From positions 9,638 to 73,637 of the forward strand of contig JAEUQN010000008.1 of assembly GCA_016789725.1 (NCBI GenBank): a stretch of DNA of 64,000 nt, given 5' to 3'. A program made the translations under genes and the position numbers. The DNA is from Blastocatellia bacterium (lineage in GTDB: Bacteria > Acidobacteriota > Blastocatellia > RBC074). The notes under the pieces were generated by a model. The model ran no database searches. It was not told the DNA's origin and saw nothing but the letters and a program-made list of their open reading frames with translations. Shown piece after piece: positions 16,555 through 25,698 of this stretch (positions are counted from its first letter, which is position 1; every line of letters begins with the position of its first letter).

Positions 16555-17133
16555 ATGACGAACGCGCAGCCTCAGGAAGTCACCCAACTGCTTAGGGCCT
16601 GGAACGAAGGTGACCATGTTGCTTTTGAGCAATTAGTCCCGCTCGTGCAGGTCGAATTGCATCGCCTTGCCCAAAATTACATCCACCACGAACGTCCCGG
16701 ACATATTCTGCAAACGACAGCTCTGGTCAACGAAGCGTGGGTCCGCCTGATTGATTGGCAAAGCGTCAGTTGGCAAAATCGCGCCCATTTTTACGGGGCT
16801 GCTGCTTCAATCATGCGGCGCATCTTGGTGGACGAAGCGCGGCATCGCCACCGACAAAAACACGGAGGTGGTGTCTTACAGGTTTCCCTGACGAATGCAG
16901 AAAACATCAGTCAGGAGAAAACGACGGACCTTATTGCGCTGGATGATGCGCTCAACAGTTTGGCGGAGTTGGACCCCCGCAAAAGCCGGATTGTCGAATT
17001 ACGTTTTTTTGGCGGCTTGAGCGTTGAAGAAACCGCCGAAGTGTTGAAGCTGTCGGTGCGCACGGTGGCGAGAGAATGGAGCGTTGCACAGGCTTGGCTC
17101 TTTCGTGCGTTGAATGGAGGCGACCGTGCCTAA
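16555..17133 (+). CDS. ECF-type RNA polymerase sigma factor (TIGR02999 / kinase-associated ECF group)
   Basis: The N-terminus VTQLLRAWNEGDHVAFEQLVPLV... is characteristic of this ECF subgroup. Region 2 (HILQTTALVNEAWVRL) and region 4 (IVELRFFGGLSVEETAEVLKLSVRTVAREW) are recognisable. The 3' end overlaps the kinase gene. Confidence 0.85.
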   Translation: MTNAQPQEVTQLLRAWNEGDHVAFEQLVPLVQVELHRLAQNYIHHERPGHILQTTALVNEAWVRLIDWQSVSWQNRAHFYGAAASIMRRILVDEARHRHRQKHGGGVLQVSLTNAENISQEKTTDLIALDDALNSLAELDPRKSRIVELRFFGGLSVEETAEVLKLSVRTVAREWSVAQAWLFRALNGGDRA

Positions 17134-20100
17134 TCGTTGGCAACAAATTCAAGGCATCTATTTGGACGCGTTGGAGGTTGATTCGCAGGCGCGTGCGGCC
17201 TACCTGACTGAGGCCTGTGCGGGCGACGATGAATTGCGCCGCGAGGTGGAATCGTTGCTCAACGCGCACGAAGATGCGGGAACCTTTTTGCAATCTCCTG
17301 CCGTGATTGTTGCGGCTCAGGAAATCAAGCGAAGTGGCGAAGCCGCGCCGACCCCGACGTCCCCTTTGGGCAATCAGCTCAGTCATTACAAAATCCTCTC
17401 GGCCCTCGGCGCAGGCGGAATGGGCGAAGTCTATCTGGCCGAAGACACGCGGCTGCGGCGTAAAGTTGCGTTGAAACTCCTGCCCGAAAAATTCACGCAG
17501 GACATTGAGCGGATCGTGCGTTTTGAGCAGGAAGCGCGCGCCGTGTCGGCGCTGAATCATCCGAACATCATCACCATTTACGACATCGGTCAGCAAAACA
17601 ATCTCTGGTTTATGGCGACGGAGTTTGTGGATGGTGGCACCTTGCGACAGCGCATCGCAAACAATACCGCGCTGCCTTTGTCGGAGGTGTTGGGAATTGC
17701 TGAGCAAGCGGCCAATGCCTTAGCCGCCGCGCATTCCGCCGGCATCGTTCACCGCGACATCAAGCCGGACAATGTGATGCTGCGACGCGATGGCTATGTC
17801 AAAGTGTTGGACTTTGGTCTCGCCAAGCTGACGGAAAAGGGAGACTCTGAAAACGATGCCACGCTGCGCAAAAGCATCACGGATTCCGGCACGATTATGG
17901 GGACGGTAAGTTACATGTCGCCGGAGCAGGCGCGCGGGATACGCGTGGACGCGCGTAGCGATATTTTCAGCCTCGGCGTGGTGCTCTACGAAATGATTGC
18001 GGGCCATCTCCCCTTCGATGGAACTTCGGCGAGCGATGTGATCGCTTCGATTTTGCGCAGTGAGCCATTGCCACTGGCGCGCTTTGTGGCCGAGGTGCCA
18101 GAGGAGATCAATCGCATCGTGATGAAATCGCTCGTCAAAAACCGCGAGCAACGCTATCAAACCATCAAGGATTTGGCGCTGGATTTGAAAACACTGGCGC
18201 AGGAATTGGAATTCAAATCACGGCTCGCCCGCGCGGGACAAACGCACAGAAGCGAAGACCAAGGCACGCGCATTCTTGCCGCGCAATCGCAGGCGTCTGC
18301 GCCCACCGCTTCGCAATTGATTTGCCAACAGTGTCACGAGACGAATCCGACGACGGCAAAATTCTGTTTGAATTGTGGCTCGGCGCTGATCGCGCGTTGC
18401 ACGAATTGTCAGACGGTGTTGCCGACCGGTGCAAAGTTTTGCATGAGTTGCGGGCAACAGGTCGGCGGCGCGACGACCGCAGATCGGGAACAGTTATCCA
18501 AGCTCGCCGCTGCGACGCCATCGTCCTTAGCCAATAAAATTCGCGCCGTACAACCGACCGCGGGCGAGCGCAAAGTCGTGACAGCATTGTTCGCTGATTT
18601 CTCGGTGTTTTCCACGACGGGCAAAGAAGTTGATCCCGAAGATCTTCCCGCTATCATCAATCAGGCGTTAGATCGTCTCTCGCCGACCATCTTTCATTAC
18701 GAAGGCACGGTCGCACAGGTCTTGGGGAATTCGATGCTGGCGTTTTTCGGCGCTCCGCTCGCGCACGAAGACGACGCCGTCCGCGCGGTTCGCGCCGCGC
18801 TGGAAATGGTGGCGAATGCTCGCAAGTTGGCCGATGAAATGCGCCGCAAGCAGGGCCTTGAATTTGAATTACGCATTGGACTGAACACCGGGCAAATCGT
18901 CATCGGTAACATCACGAGCCAGCTTAAATTTGAATTCACGGTCGTCGGCGACACTGTCAATCTTGCGACGCGCGCACAGGCCGCTGCGCCCACGATGTCG
19001 GTGATGATTACTGAAGACACGCATCGTCTGGTTTCATCGGTGTTTGAGTGCTCATCTCCCATTGGTTTGGGCGTGAAAGGCCGGACGGGAGAAGTGCGCA
19101 TTGCGGAGGTGCGGGAAAGCCGGACGGAATTGGACCGTGTCCACGGTCTGGCTGGATTGCAAAGCCGGATGGTAGGGCGCGACGCAGAATTGAATTCGTT
19201 GTTGCAACTGAGCATCGCCGCGCAAGCCGGGCTAGGTCGCGTGGCGGTGATTGTCGGCGAACCGGGCTTAGGCAAAACGCGCCTGATTACAGAATGGAAA
19301 GACGCCACGACCAGTGCTTTGCGGGGCAGTGCTACCGAATTGCGCTGGGCTGAAGGGCATTGTCTGTCGTATGGGCAAGGGTTGGCGTATCACTTGTTGC
19401 AAAGCCTGTTGCGCGGCTTGATCGGTGTTCCGGCGGCGGCGGAAGAAGCGCAAACACGCGCCGCGCTTTTCAAATTGACGGTGGATTTATTGGGCGAAGC
19501 GACCATTGAAGTCTATCCGTATCTGGGGCATTTGCTCTCATTGAAGCTGGAAGGTGAGGCACTTGAACGCGTGCGCCAACTTGATCCCCAGTTGCTCCAG
19601 AATCAATACCTGATGTCGTTGCGCCGTTTGTTGACGGCCTTATCCGCGCGTCAACCGCTCGGCATCTTGCTCGAAGACATTCATTGGGCTGATCCGTCGT
19701 CTGTGGAATTGCTGAATAAGCTCTTGCCGTTGGCGAGCGAATTACCGTTGCTGTTTTGCTTTGTGACGCGACCGGAGCGCGAGGTGCCGGGCTGGAAATT
19801 AGTGAACGGGGCGCGTGATTTGATGGGAGGACGGTTGACGGAAATTACCTTACGCGAACTCACCGCATCTGACAGCCAACAACTTGTCGCCAATCTGCTG
19901 GACAATGCGACGCTGCCCAAGCAAACGCACACGCTGATTCTCAAAAAAGCAGAAGGGAATCCTTTCTTTGTCGAAGAGGTGATTCGCATGTTGATAGATC
20001 ACGGCGTGCTGGAACAACAACACGGCAAGTGGATCGCCAAAGGCGAAATCGAAGCGTCAGAGATTCCCGACAATTTGCAAAGCCTCCTGCTCGCCCGCAT

Positions 20101-20197
20101 TGATCGCTTGCCCGAAGATGCCAAACGCACCTTACGCGTGGCTTCGGTGATCGGGCGTCAGTTTGCAGTGAAGGTGCTGGAAAAGGTTTTGGAATAG
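17114..20197 (+). CDS. multidomain signalling protein ending abruptly after the NTPase helical domain: ECF-partner N-terminal helix, Ser/Thr kinase, double zinc ribbon, class III nucleotidyl cyclase-like domain, P-loop STAND (AAA_16) NTPase core
   Basis: Kinase motifs are GAGGMGEVY, VALK, HRDIKPDN, DFG and SPE (about 17384-18184). Zinc ribbons are CQQC..C.NCG / C.NC...C.SCG (18320-18451). Cyclase motifs are VTALFADFSVFS...GDTVNLATR (18566-19108). Walker A is GEPGLGKT (19256-19279) and Walker B is ILLEDIHWAD (~19664-19693). GNPFFVEEV...RVASVIGRQFAVKVLEKVLE is followed by the stop. Confidence 0.9.
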   Translation: MEATVPNRWQQIQGIYLDALEVDSQARAAYLTEACAGDDELRREVESLLNAHEDAGTFLQSPAVIVAAQEIKRSGEAAPTPTSPLGNQLSHYKILSALGAGGMGEVYLAEDTRLRRKVALKLLPEKFTQDIERIVRFEQEARAVSALNHPNIITIYDIGQQNNLWFMATEFVDGGTLRQRIANNTALPLSEVLGIAEQAANALAAAHSAGIVHRDIKPDNVMLRRDGYVKVLDFGLAKLTEKGDSENDATLRKSITDSGTIMGTVSYMSPEQARGIRVDARSDIFSLGVVLYEMIAGHLPFDGTSASDVIASILRSEPLPLARFVAEVPEEINRIVMKSLVKNREQRYQTIKDLALDLKTLAQELEFKSRLARAGQTHRSEDQGTRILAAQSQASAPTASQLICQQCHETNPTTAKFCLNCGSALIARCTNCQTVLPTGAKFCMSCGQQVGGATTADREQLSKLAAATPSSLANKIRAVQPTAGERKVVTALFADFSVFSTTGKEVDPEDLPAIINQALDRLSPTIFHYEGTVAQVLGNSMLAFFGAPLAHEDDAVRAVRAALEMVANARKLADEMRRKQGLEFELRIGLNTGQIVIGNITSQLKFEFTVVGDTVNLATRAQAAAPTMSVMITEDTHRLVSSVFECSSPIGLGVKGRTGEVRIAEVRESRTELDRVHGLAGLQSRMVGRDAELNSLLQLSIAAQAGLGRVAVIVGEPGLGKTRLITEWKDATTSALRGSATELRWAEGHCLSYGQGLAYHLLQSLLRGLIGVPAAAEEAQTRAALFKLTVDLLGEATIEVYPYLGHLLSLKLEGEALERVRQLDPQLLQNQYLMSLRRLLTALSARQPLGILLEDIHWADPSSVELLNKLLPLASELPLLFCFVTRPEREVPGWKLVNGARDLMGGRLTEITLRELTASDSQQLVANLLDNATLPKQTHTLILKKAEGNPFFVEEVIRMLIDHGVLEQQHGKWIAKGEIEASEIPDNLQSLLLARIDRLPEDAKRTLRVASVIGRQFAVKVLEKVLE

Positions 20198-20199
20198 AT

Positions 20200-20303
20200 C
20201 ATTTTCCATTTTCCAATTGTCATTTGAGATTTGTCATTGGTTTGGCGCACGCGACTGCCGCCGCAATGAAAAATGACAACTGCCAATTGGGAAATGGAAA
20301 ATG
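20200..20303. repeat. long-range inverted repeat IR2 immediately after the kinase-NTPase stop
   Basis: Arms are CATTTTCCATTTTCCAATTG (20200-20219) and CAATTGGGAAATGGAAAATG (20284-20303), matching at 19 of 20 positions. An additional TTGTCATTT/AAATGACAA pairing lies inside. The right arm ends 16 nt before the nmrA-like ATG. Confidence 0.75.
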
Positions 20304-20319
20304 AAAGAAAGGTTGATTT

Positions 20320-21189
20320 ATGAACTTAGTCGTCGGTGCGACCGGATTTCTAGGCAGTGACATTTGTCGCCGCTTCTTGCAGCAAAATCAGTCTGTTCGC
20401 GCGCTGGTGCGTTCCACGTCCGATCCTGCCAAAGTTGCGGCGTTGCAAAGCCTAGGTGCGGAAATCGTCACAGGTGATTTGAAAGACCCGGCATCTGTGG
20501 CGGCTGCCTGCCAGGGCGTCAGGGCCGTGATTTCGACGGCTTCGGTGACGATTTCCCGACAAGCCGGAGATTCGATTCAGGCGGTGGATTTGGAAGGACA
20601 ACTCAATCTTCTCAACGCTGCCAAAGCGGCGGGCGTTTCTCACTTCGTCTATGTTTCATATTCTGGCAATATTGACATTGCCTGCCCTCTGAGCACGGCC
20701 AAGCGCACTGTCGAACAACGTGTGCAGGAAAGCGGTTTGACCTACACAATTTTGCGTCCGACAAATTTTATGGAAGTCTGGCTCAGTCCTGTCGTGGGCT
20801 TTGATGCGGCCAATGCCAATGTGGTCGTGTATGGTTCGGGGCAGAACAAAGTCAGTTGGATTTCGCTTGGCGATGTCGCGCAATTCGCCGTCGAGTCATT
20901 AACGAATCCGGCGGCGCGCAACGCGGTGCTGGAACTCGGTGGCCCGGAAGCCATCAGCCCGTTGGAGGTCGTCAAAATGTTGGAATCCGCTACGAGGCGC
21001 ACTTTCACCGTGCAGCACGTTCCTGAAGAAGCATTGCAGGCCCAGCTTGTTGCCGCGACCGACCCTATTCAGCAATCGTTTGCGGCCCTGATGCTGGCAA
21101 CGGCGCAAGGCGATGCGATTGATATGACGGCAACATTACAGACCTTCCCACTGCGGCTGACCTCAGTGGAAGACTTTGTCCGTCGTTAG
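20320..21189 (+). CDS. NmrA-like / atypical SDR NAD(P)-binding protein
   Basis: The N-terminal Rossmann motif is MNLVVGATGFLGSDICRRFL. Length (289 aa) and overall pattern fit the NmrA/PCBER-like family. Confidence 0.75.
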   Translation: MNLVVGATGFLGSDICRRFLQQNQSVRALVRSTSDPAKVAALQSLGAEIVTGDLKDPASVAAACQGVRAVISTASVTISRQAGDSIQAVDLEGQLNLLNAAKAAGVSHFVYVSYSGNIDIACPLSTAKRTVEQRVQESGLTYTILRPTNFMEVWLSPVVGFDAANANVVVYGSGQNKVSWISLGDVAQFAVESLTNPAARNAVLELGGPEAISPLEVVKMLESATRRTFTVQHVPEEALQAQLVAATDPIQQSFAALMLATAQGDAIDMTATLQTFPLRLTSVEDFVRR

Positions 21190-21195
21190 GCGGTT

Positions 21196-22683
21196 ATGTC
21201 CCTCCTGCGACAACTCAATACTCTCGAATCAGCGGGTCTGATCCACTTAGCGGCCCTTCAACCAGAATTGGAATACCTGTTTCGCCACGCCCTGGTGCAG
21301 GATGCTGCCTACAGTTCATTACTCAAAAATGATCGCAAACAACTACACCTCACCACCTGTCAGGCGCTTGAGAAACTTTACCCTGAACAAACGGATGATC
21401 TGGCCGCGACGCTGGCTTATCACTATGAAAAGGCCGAAGACCGCGAACGCGCGGCGCATTACTTCCGACGGGCGGGCGATCTAGCCCGGAATCGGTACGC
21501 GAATGTGGAGGCGCTGGCTTTTTATCAGGCAGCAACCAGATTGATGGCACAATCTGGCGAACTTTCAGCATCGCAGCGAGTCGCGTTAGCTCAACTTTAT
21601 GAAGACACGGGTGATCTGTTGGAAATTCTCGGCCAGCACAATGCAGCCAAAGAGCAGTATGCCGCTGCGCTCGGTTTAGTTGCGTCATCCGAAAAAATTT
21701 GGAGTGCTCGTCTTCTTCGTAAAACCGCAAATGCCAGTACCGCTCAAGATGAACGTGGAGAAGCGTTCCAAAACTATGCTGAGGCTGAAGAGGTATTAGG
21801 AATAGCGCCCGGTGAGAATGCAGATGACTGGTATCGGGAATGGCTCCAAATTCAGCTTGAGCGCAACTGGGCGTTCTATGCGTGGAGCAAGGTGGAAGAG
21901 CTGAGCGCCTCGATAGAGCGAACTCGTCCTGTGTTGGAGAGGTACGGATCGCCAGCACAGCGAGCCGCTTTTTTTCATAGCCGGGTGTATTTATCGCAGC
22001 GTCTTCACCGCTACCTGATCCCCCCTGAAGACACGGCTCACACCGAGACAGCATTGTTTGCGGCGCAACAGTCTGGCGATTTGCGTAGTATCGCGCACGC
22101 CAATTGGATTCGTGGCGTCGCTTTGTTATTGGGCAGCGATCTGGCAGCAGCGGAAGTCCATTTGCAAACCAGCTTGCGCATCGTGGAGCAAGTTGGTGAT
22201 CTGACCACCGAGATTAAATGTCTGACTTATGCCGTCGTTCTTTACCGAAGGAAAGGCAACGTCGCTGTCACACGCCAGCTTCTTCCGCGCCTCTTCCAGA
22301 TTGCGACAGACGGGAAAATGGACGGATATGTTGCTGCGGCAAAGGCCACCGAAGCGTGGCTGGCTTGGCGCGAGGGGCAAATCGCAAAGGCGTTGGAAGA
22401 AGGGAAAGCGGCACTTGAAATCTGGGAGCGAATTCCCTGGGTCTATCCCTTTCGCTGGCAAGCTCTCTGGATATTGATTGCGGGTACGCTTCGACAGGGG
22501 CAGATGGCCGAAACTGTCAACTATGCGCAGAAGCTCATGTCTCCCGAACAGATGGCTTTGCCGGATACTCTGAACGCAAATTTGGAAGCAGGCATTCGTG
22601 CCTGGGAAGCGGACCGAACAGCGGCATCGCGGCAGTATTTTGAAGTGGCTGTGAGTGATGCCACATCACAGGGGTATCTTTAA
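21196..22683 (+). CDS. orphan STAND winged-helix + TPR sensor module, paralog 1
   Basis: 495 aa. The N-terminus LLRQLNTLESAGLIHLAALQPELEYLFRHALVQDAAYSSLLKNDRKQLH...LAYHYEKAEDRERAAHYFRRAGD is the segment that follows the AAA_16 core in cyclase/kinase-STAND-TPR proteins. The rest is helical-repeat. It ends SQGYL and starts 6 nt after the previous stop. Confidence 0.8.
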   Translation: MSLLRQLNTLESAGLIHLAALQPELEYLFRHALVQDAAYSSLLKNDRKQLHLTTCQALEKLYPEQTDDLAATLAYHYEKAEDRERAAHYFRRAGDLARNRYANVEALAFYQAATRLMAQSGELSASQRVALAQLYEDTGDLLEILGQHNAAKEQYAAALGLVASSEKIWSARLLRKTANASTAQDERGEAFQNYAEAEEVLGIAPGENADDWYREWLQIQLERNWAFYAWSKVEELSASIERTRPVLERYGSPAQRAAFFHSRVYLSQRLHRYLIPPEDTAHTETALFAAQQSGDLRSIAHANWIRGVALLLGSDLAAAEVHLQTSLRIVEQVGDLTTEIKCLTYAVVLYRRKGNVAVTRQLLPRLFQIATDGKMDGYVAAAKATEAWLAWREGQIAKALEEGKAALEIWERIPWVYPFRWQALWILIAGTLRQGQMAETVNYAQKLMSPEQMALPDTLNANLEAGIRAWEADRTAASRQYFEVAVSDATSQGYL

Positions 22684-22689
22684 ATCACT

Positions 22690-24156
22690 ATGACATTACT
22701 TGTCCAACTGAACTCGCTCGAAGCAACAGGCCTGATACGGCTCTCTGCAGTGCTGCCGGAATTAGAATACTTATTTCGCCATGCGCTGGTGCAGGATGCG
22801 GCGTATGGTTCCTTACTCAAAACGGATCGTCGGCACTTGCATCAAAGCGTCGGCCAAGCACTCGAACAACTTTATCCTGAACGGCTGGCCGAAATCGCTT
22901 CGACGTTGGCCTTACATTTTGAAAAGGCGGATCATCACGACAAGGCGATTCTTTATTTCACGCTGGCCGGAGATCGGGCGCGGGCGAGCTATGCCAACAA
23001 TGAAGCAATCCAGTTTTATCAATCGGCGCTAACCCACATCGAAGCGGTTGGGAATCGGGATGAACAACGTTGTCAGCTTTACGAATCGTTGGGCGATCTT
23101 GTGAATTTGATTGGGCAGCGCGAAACCGCTCGGCAGTATTTTATGCAGGCGATTGCTGCTCTGGCTGTTCCGCTGGGACAAGCGCGGCTCTATCGCAAAA
23201 TTGCCAAGAGCCTTGTAGATGATCGCAGCTACGTTGAAGCCGAACAGAGTTTTGACAAGGGCGAAGCGATATTGCAGCGTAGTCCATCCAACGCGTCAGA
23301 GTGGCATCAGGAAAGTATCCAAAATCAGTTGGATCGTGTTTGGCTCTATTACCTTCAGGGGCAGCCCGATCAAGTCGAGAAGATTGTGCAGAAGCTGGAA
23401 CCCTGGATCGAAGCGAATGGCAGCAATCCACAAAAAGCGCAGTTTTACACCGGGCAGACGCAGGGCAGTTTGCAGCGGCGTCGGTACGAAATTACGCCTG
23501 CGCAATTGGCGCTTTCCCATAAAGGACTGGAAGCCGCCCGCGCCTCAGATGATCCAAATCTGTTGGCAGAGATGCACTTTGGCTATGGGTTTCATCTGCT
23601 TTGGTATGGTTCCTGGTCAGAAGCGGAAACAGAATTGGAGGCTGCCATGGCCTTATCCAAAAAGACGGGCAATACCGTCAATTTTGTGCGTGCCTTCACC
23701 TACCTGATTCTTCTTCATCGAGTGCGCAAAGATATTCCTAAATTGCAGGAACTCTTGCCGGAATGGCTGCGCACACTCAATGCTGCCGGGGCGAAAGAAT
23801 ACCTGCCGTATATGATTGCCATAAATGCCTGGCTTGCGTTGCAAGCTAACCGGATGGATGAGGCGGGCAAATTGGCACAGGAAGCTTTAGTCGAGTGGGA
23901 ATCCCTTCAGGGAGCCAATCCGTTTAAATGGTTAGCGCGTTGGATACTGCTCTATCTTGCCTTCCAACAAAACGATTTTTCTGCGGCGATTGAGCAGGCA
24001 AAGGCGATGCTCCTGCCCTCCCAACAAAAATTGCCGGAGGATGTGACAGCGGCACTTGAAGCTGTCGTCACAGCCGGAGAGACCGGGCAGCCTGACACCG
24101 CACAACAACCACTAGTAGAAGTGTTGAGACTCGCCACTGAAAAGAGCTATTTGTAA
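22690..24156 (+). CDS. orphan STAND winged-helix + TPR sensor module, paralog 2
   Basis: 488 aa with the same N-terminal block (LLVQLNSLEATGLIRLSAVLPELEYLFRHALVQDAAYGSLLKTDRRHLH). It ends EKSYL. The gap from paralog 1 is 6 nt. Confidence 0.8.
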   Translation: MTLLVQLNSLEATGLIRLSAVLPELEYLFRHALVQDAAYGSLLKTDRRHLHQSVGQALEQLYPERLAEIASTLALHFEKADHHDKAILYFTLAGDRARASYANNEAIQFYQSALTHIEAVGNRDEQRCQLYESLGDLVNLIGQRETARQYFMQAIAALAVPLGQARLYRKIAKSLVDDRSYVEAEQSFDKGEAILQRSPSNASEWHQESIQNQLDRVWLYYLQGQPDQVEKIVQKLEPWIEANGSNPQKAQFYTGQTQGSLQRRRYEITPAQLALSHKGLEAARASDDPNLLAEMHFGYGFHLLWYGSWSEAETELEAAMALSKKTGNTVNFVRAFTYLILLHRVRKDIPKLQELLPEWLRTLNAAGAKEYLPYMIAINAWLALQANRMDEAGKLAQEALVEWESLQGANPFKWLARWILLYLAFQQNDFSAAIEQAKAMLLPSQQKLPEDVTAALEAVVTAGETGQPDTAQQPLVEVLRLATEKSYL

Positions 24157-24184
24157 CCGGGTAACACTCGTCCGTTTTTGTTTT

Positions 24185-25687
24185 ATGCCCTTACTGAAAC
24201 AACTCAACTCGCTCGAAACCTCCGGCCTGATTCGACTCGCAGCGGTGCAGCCGGAGTTGGAATATTTGTTTCGCCACGCACTCGTGCAAGATGCGGCCTA
24301 TAGCTCCTTGCTCAAAAATGATCGCCGTCAATTGCACCAAAACGTCGGCGAAGCGTTGGAGCGGCTGTATTCGCAACAACTCAATGAAATCGCGGCGACG
24401 TTGGCGCTGCATTTTGAAAAGGCGGAGCAACGCGACAAGGCTGTGCATTATTTTCGACAGGCAGGAGATCGTGCCAGCGAAGGCTTTGCGAACACTGAGG
24501 CCCTGGCATTTTATCAATCTGCAATCGCGCAAACCGAACTCGCCTTGCAGCAAAAAAACGATGACCCGGCGCAGGCCCGGCTGGCGCAATTGCTGGAGAG
24601 CTTGGCCGATGTGCATGAGCGGATGGGGCAACACGAGGCGGCCAGAGAAGCCTATTACCGCGCGTTGGAAATACAGGCGGCGCTCTTGCTCCCGGACAAC
24701 GTGATGCAGGCGCGACTGTACCGCAAAATCGGTACGGCCCACATGATGCAACGACACTATGAAGAGGCCAGTCAGGCGTGGGCGCAGGCGGAGCAGTCTC
24801 TGGGCGATATGTCTGACCCACAACCAGATGCCGCCAGCAATGAATGGATTGATATTCAGTCGGACCGAGTGATGTATCACTACTGGAAAAACGAGCCGCT
24901 GGGGATGAAATCCATTTGTGATCGCCTCTTGCCAGTTGTTGAGCGGATAGGAACGCCGCTGCAACGAGCCAATGCATTGTACAGTTATAATCTCTATCTG
25001 TTTCGCCAGCAGCGATACGTGGTATCGGATGAGGTGATGGCGATGGTCGAAGGCAATATTCCCGTGGTGGAACAAACAGGAAAATTAACTACAATCTACG
25101 ACCATCATTTTACAGTAGGCTTTTTTCACTTCTTCCGCCGTGAAGTGGGCGAGGCGGAAAAGCATTTGTATCTGTGCCTTGAGTTGGCCGAGCGCATGGG
25201 CGATCCAGTGCGGATTTCCCGCGCGGCAAATTACCTGATGTTTGCGGCACGGGTGCGTGGGCAAATTGAGGTGACGCAGAGTTATTTTGAAACGGTGCTG
25301 AGCACAACGTGGGCTGGGCCGATGGCGGATTACACGTTTACTGTGCAATCTTGTCAGTCCTGGATCGCGTGGCGCGCCGGGAAGCTAGAAGAAGCGCGCA
25401 CGTATGGGTTGGCCGCCAGAGAAACTATCTTGGGGCCGTTTCAGCACTATCCGTTTCAGTGGGTTGTCTATTTTCCTTTGCTGGCCGTTGCGGTGACAGA
25501 AAAACAAATGACCGAAGCTTATGAATATACTCGACGCATGCTTGACCCTGAGCAAATACTTTTGCCGGACGATTTGACAGACGCGCTTGAAACGGCGGTC
25601 AAAGGGGGAGTGGCCGGAAACGATGAAGCCGCGCAACAAGCATTCGCCACCGCCCTAACATTAGCAACCACGTATGGCTACTTATAA
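24185..25687 (+). CDS. orphan STAND winged-helix + TPR sensor module, paralog 3
   Basis: 500 aa, collinear with paralog 4 and near-identical to it over about aa 66-190. It ends TTYGYL. Confidence 0.8.
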   Translation: MPLLKQLNSLETSGLIRLAAVQPELEYLFRHALVQDAAYSSLLKNDRRQLHQNVGEALERLYSQQLNEIAATLALHFEKAEQRDKAVHYFRQAGDRASEGFANTEALAFYQSAIAQTELALQQKNDDPAQARLAQLLESLADVHERMGQHEAAREAYYRALEIQAALLLPDNVMQARLYRKIGTAHMMQRHYEEASQAWAQAEQSLGDMSDPQPDAASNEWIDIQSDRVMYHYWKNEPLGMKSICDRLLPVVERIGTPLQRANALYSYNLYLFRQQRYVVSDEVMAMVEGNIPVVEQTGKLTTIYDHHFTVGFFHFFRREVGEAEKHLYLCLELAERMGDPVRISRAANYLMFAARVRGQIEVTQSYFETVLSTTWAGPMADYTFTVQSCQSWIAWRAGKLEEARTYGLAARETILGPFQHYPFQWVVYFPLLAVAVTEKQMTEAYEYTRRMLDPEQILLPDDLTDALETAVKGGVAGNDEAAQQAFATALTLATTYGYL

Positions 25688-25698
25688 GATCGCCCTTT

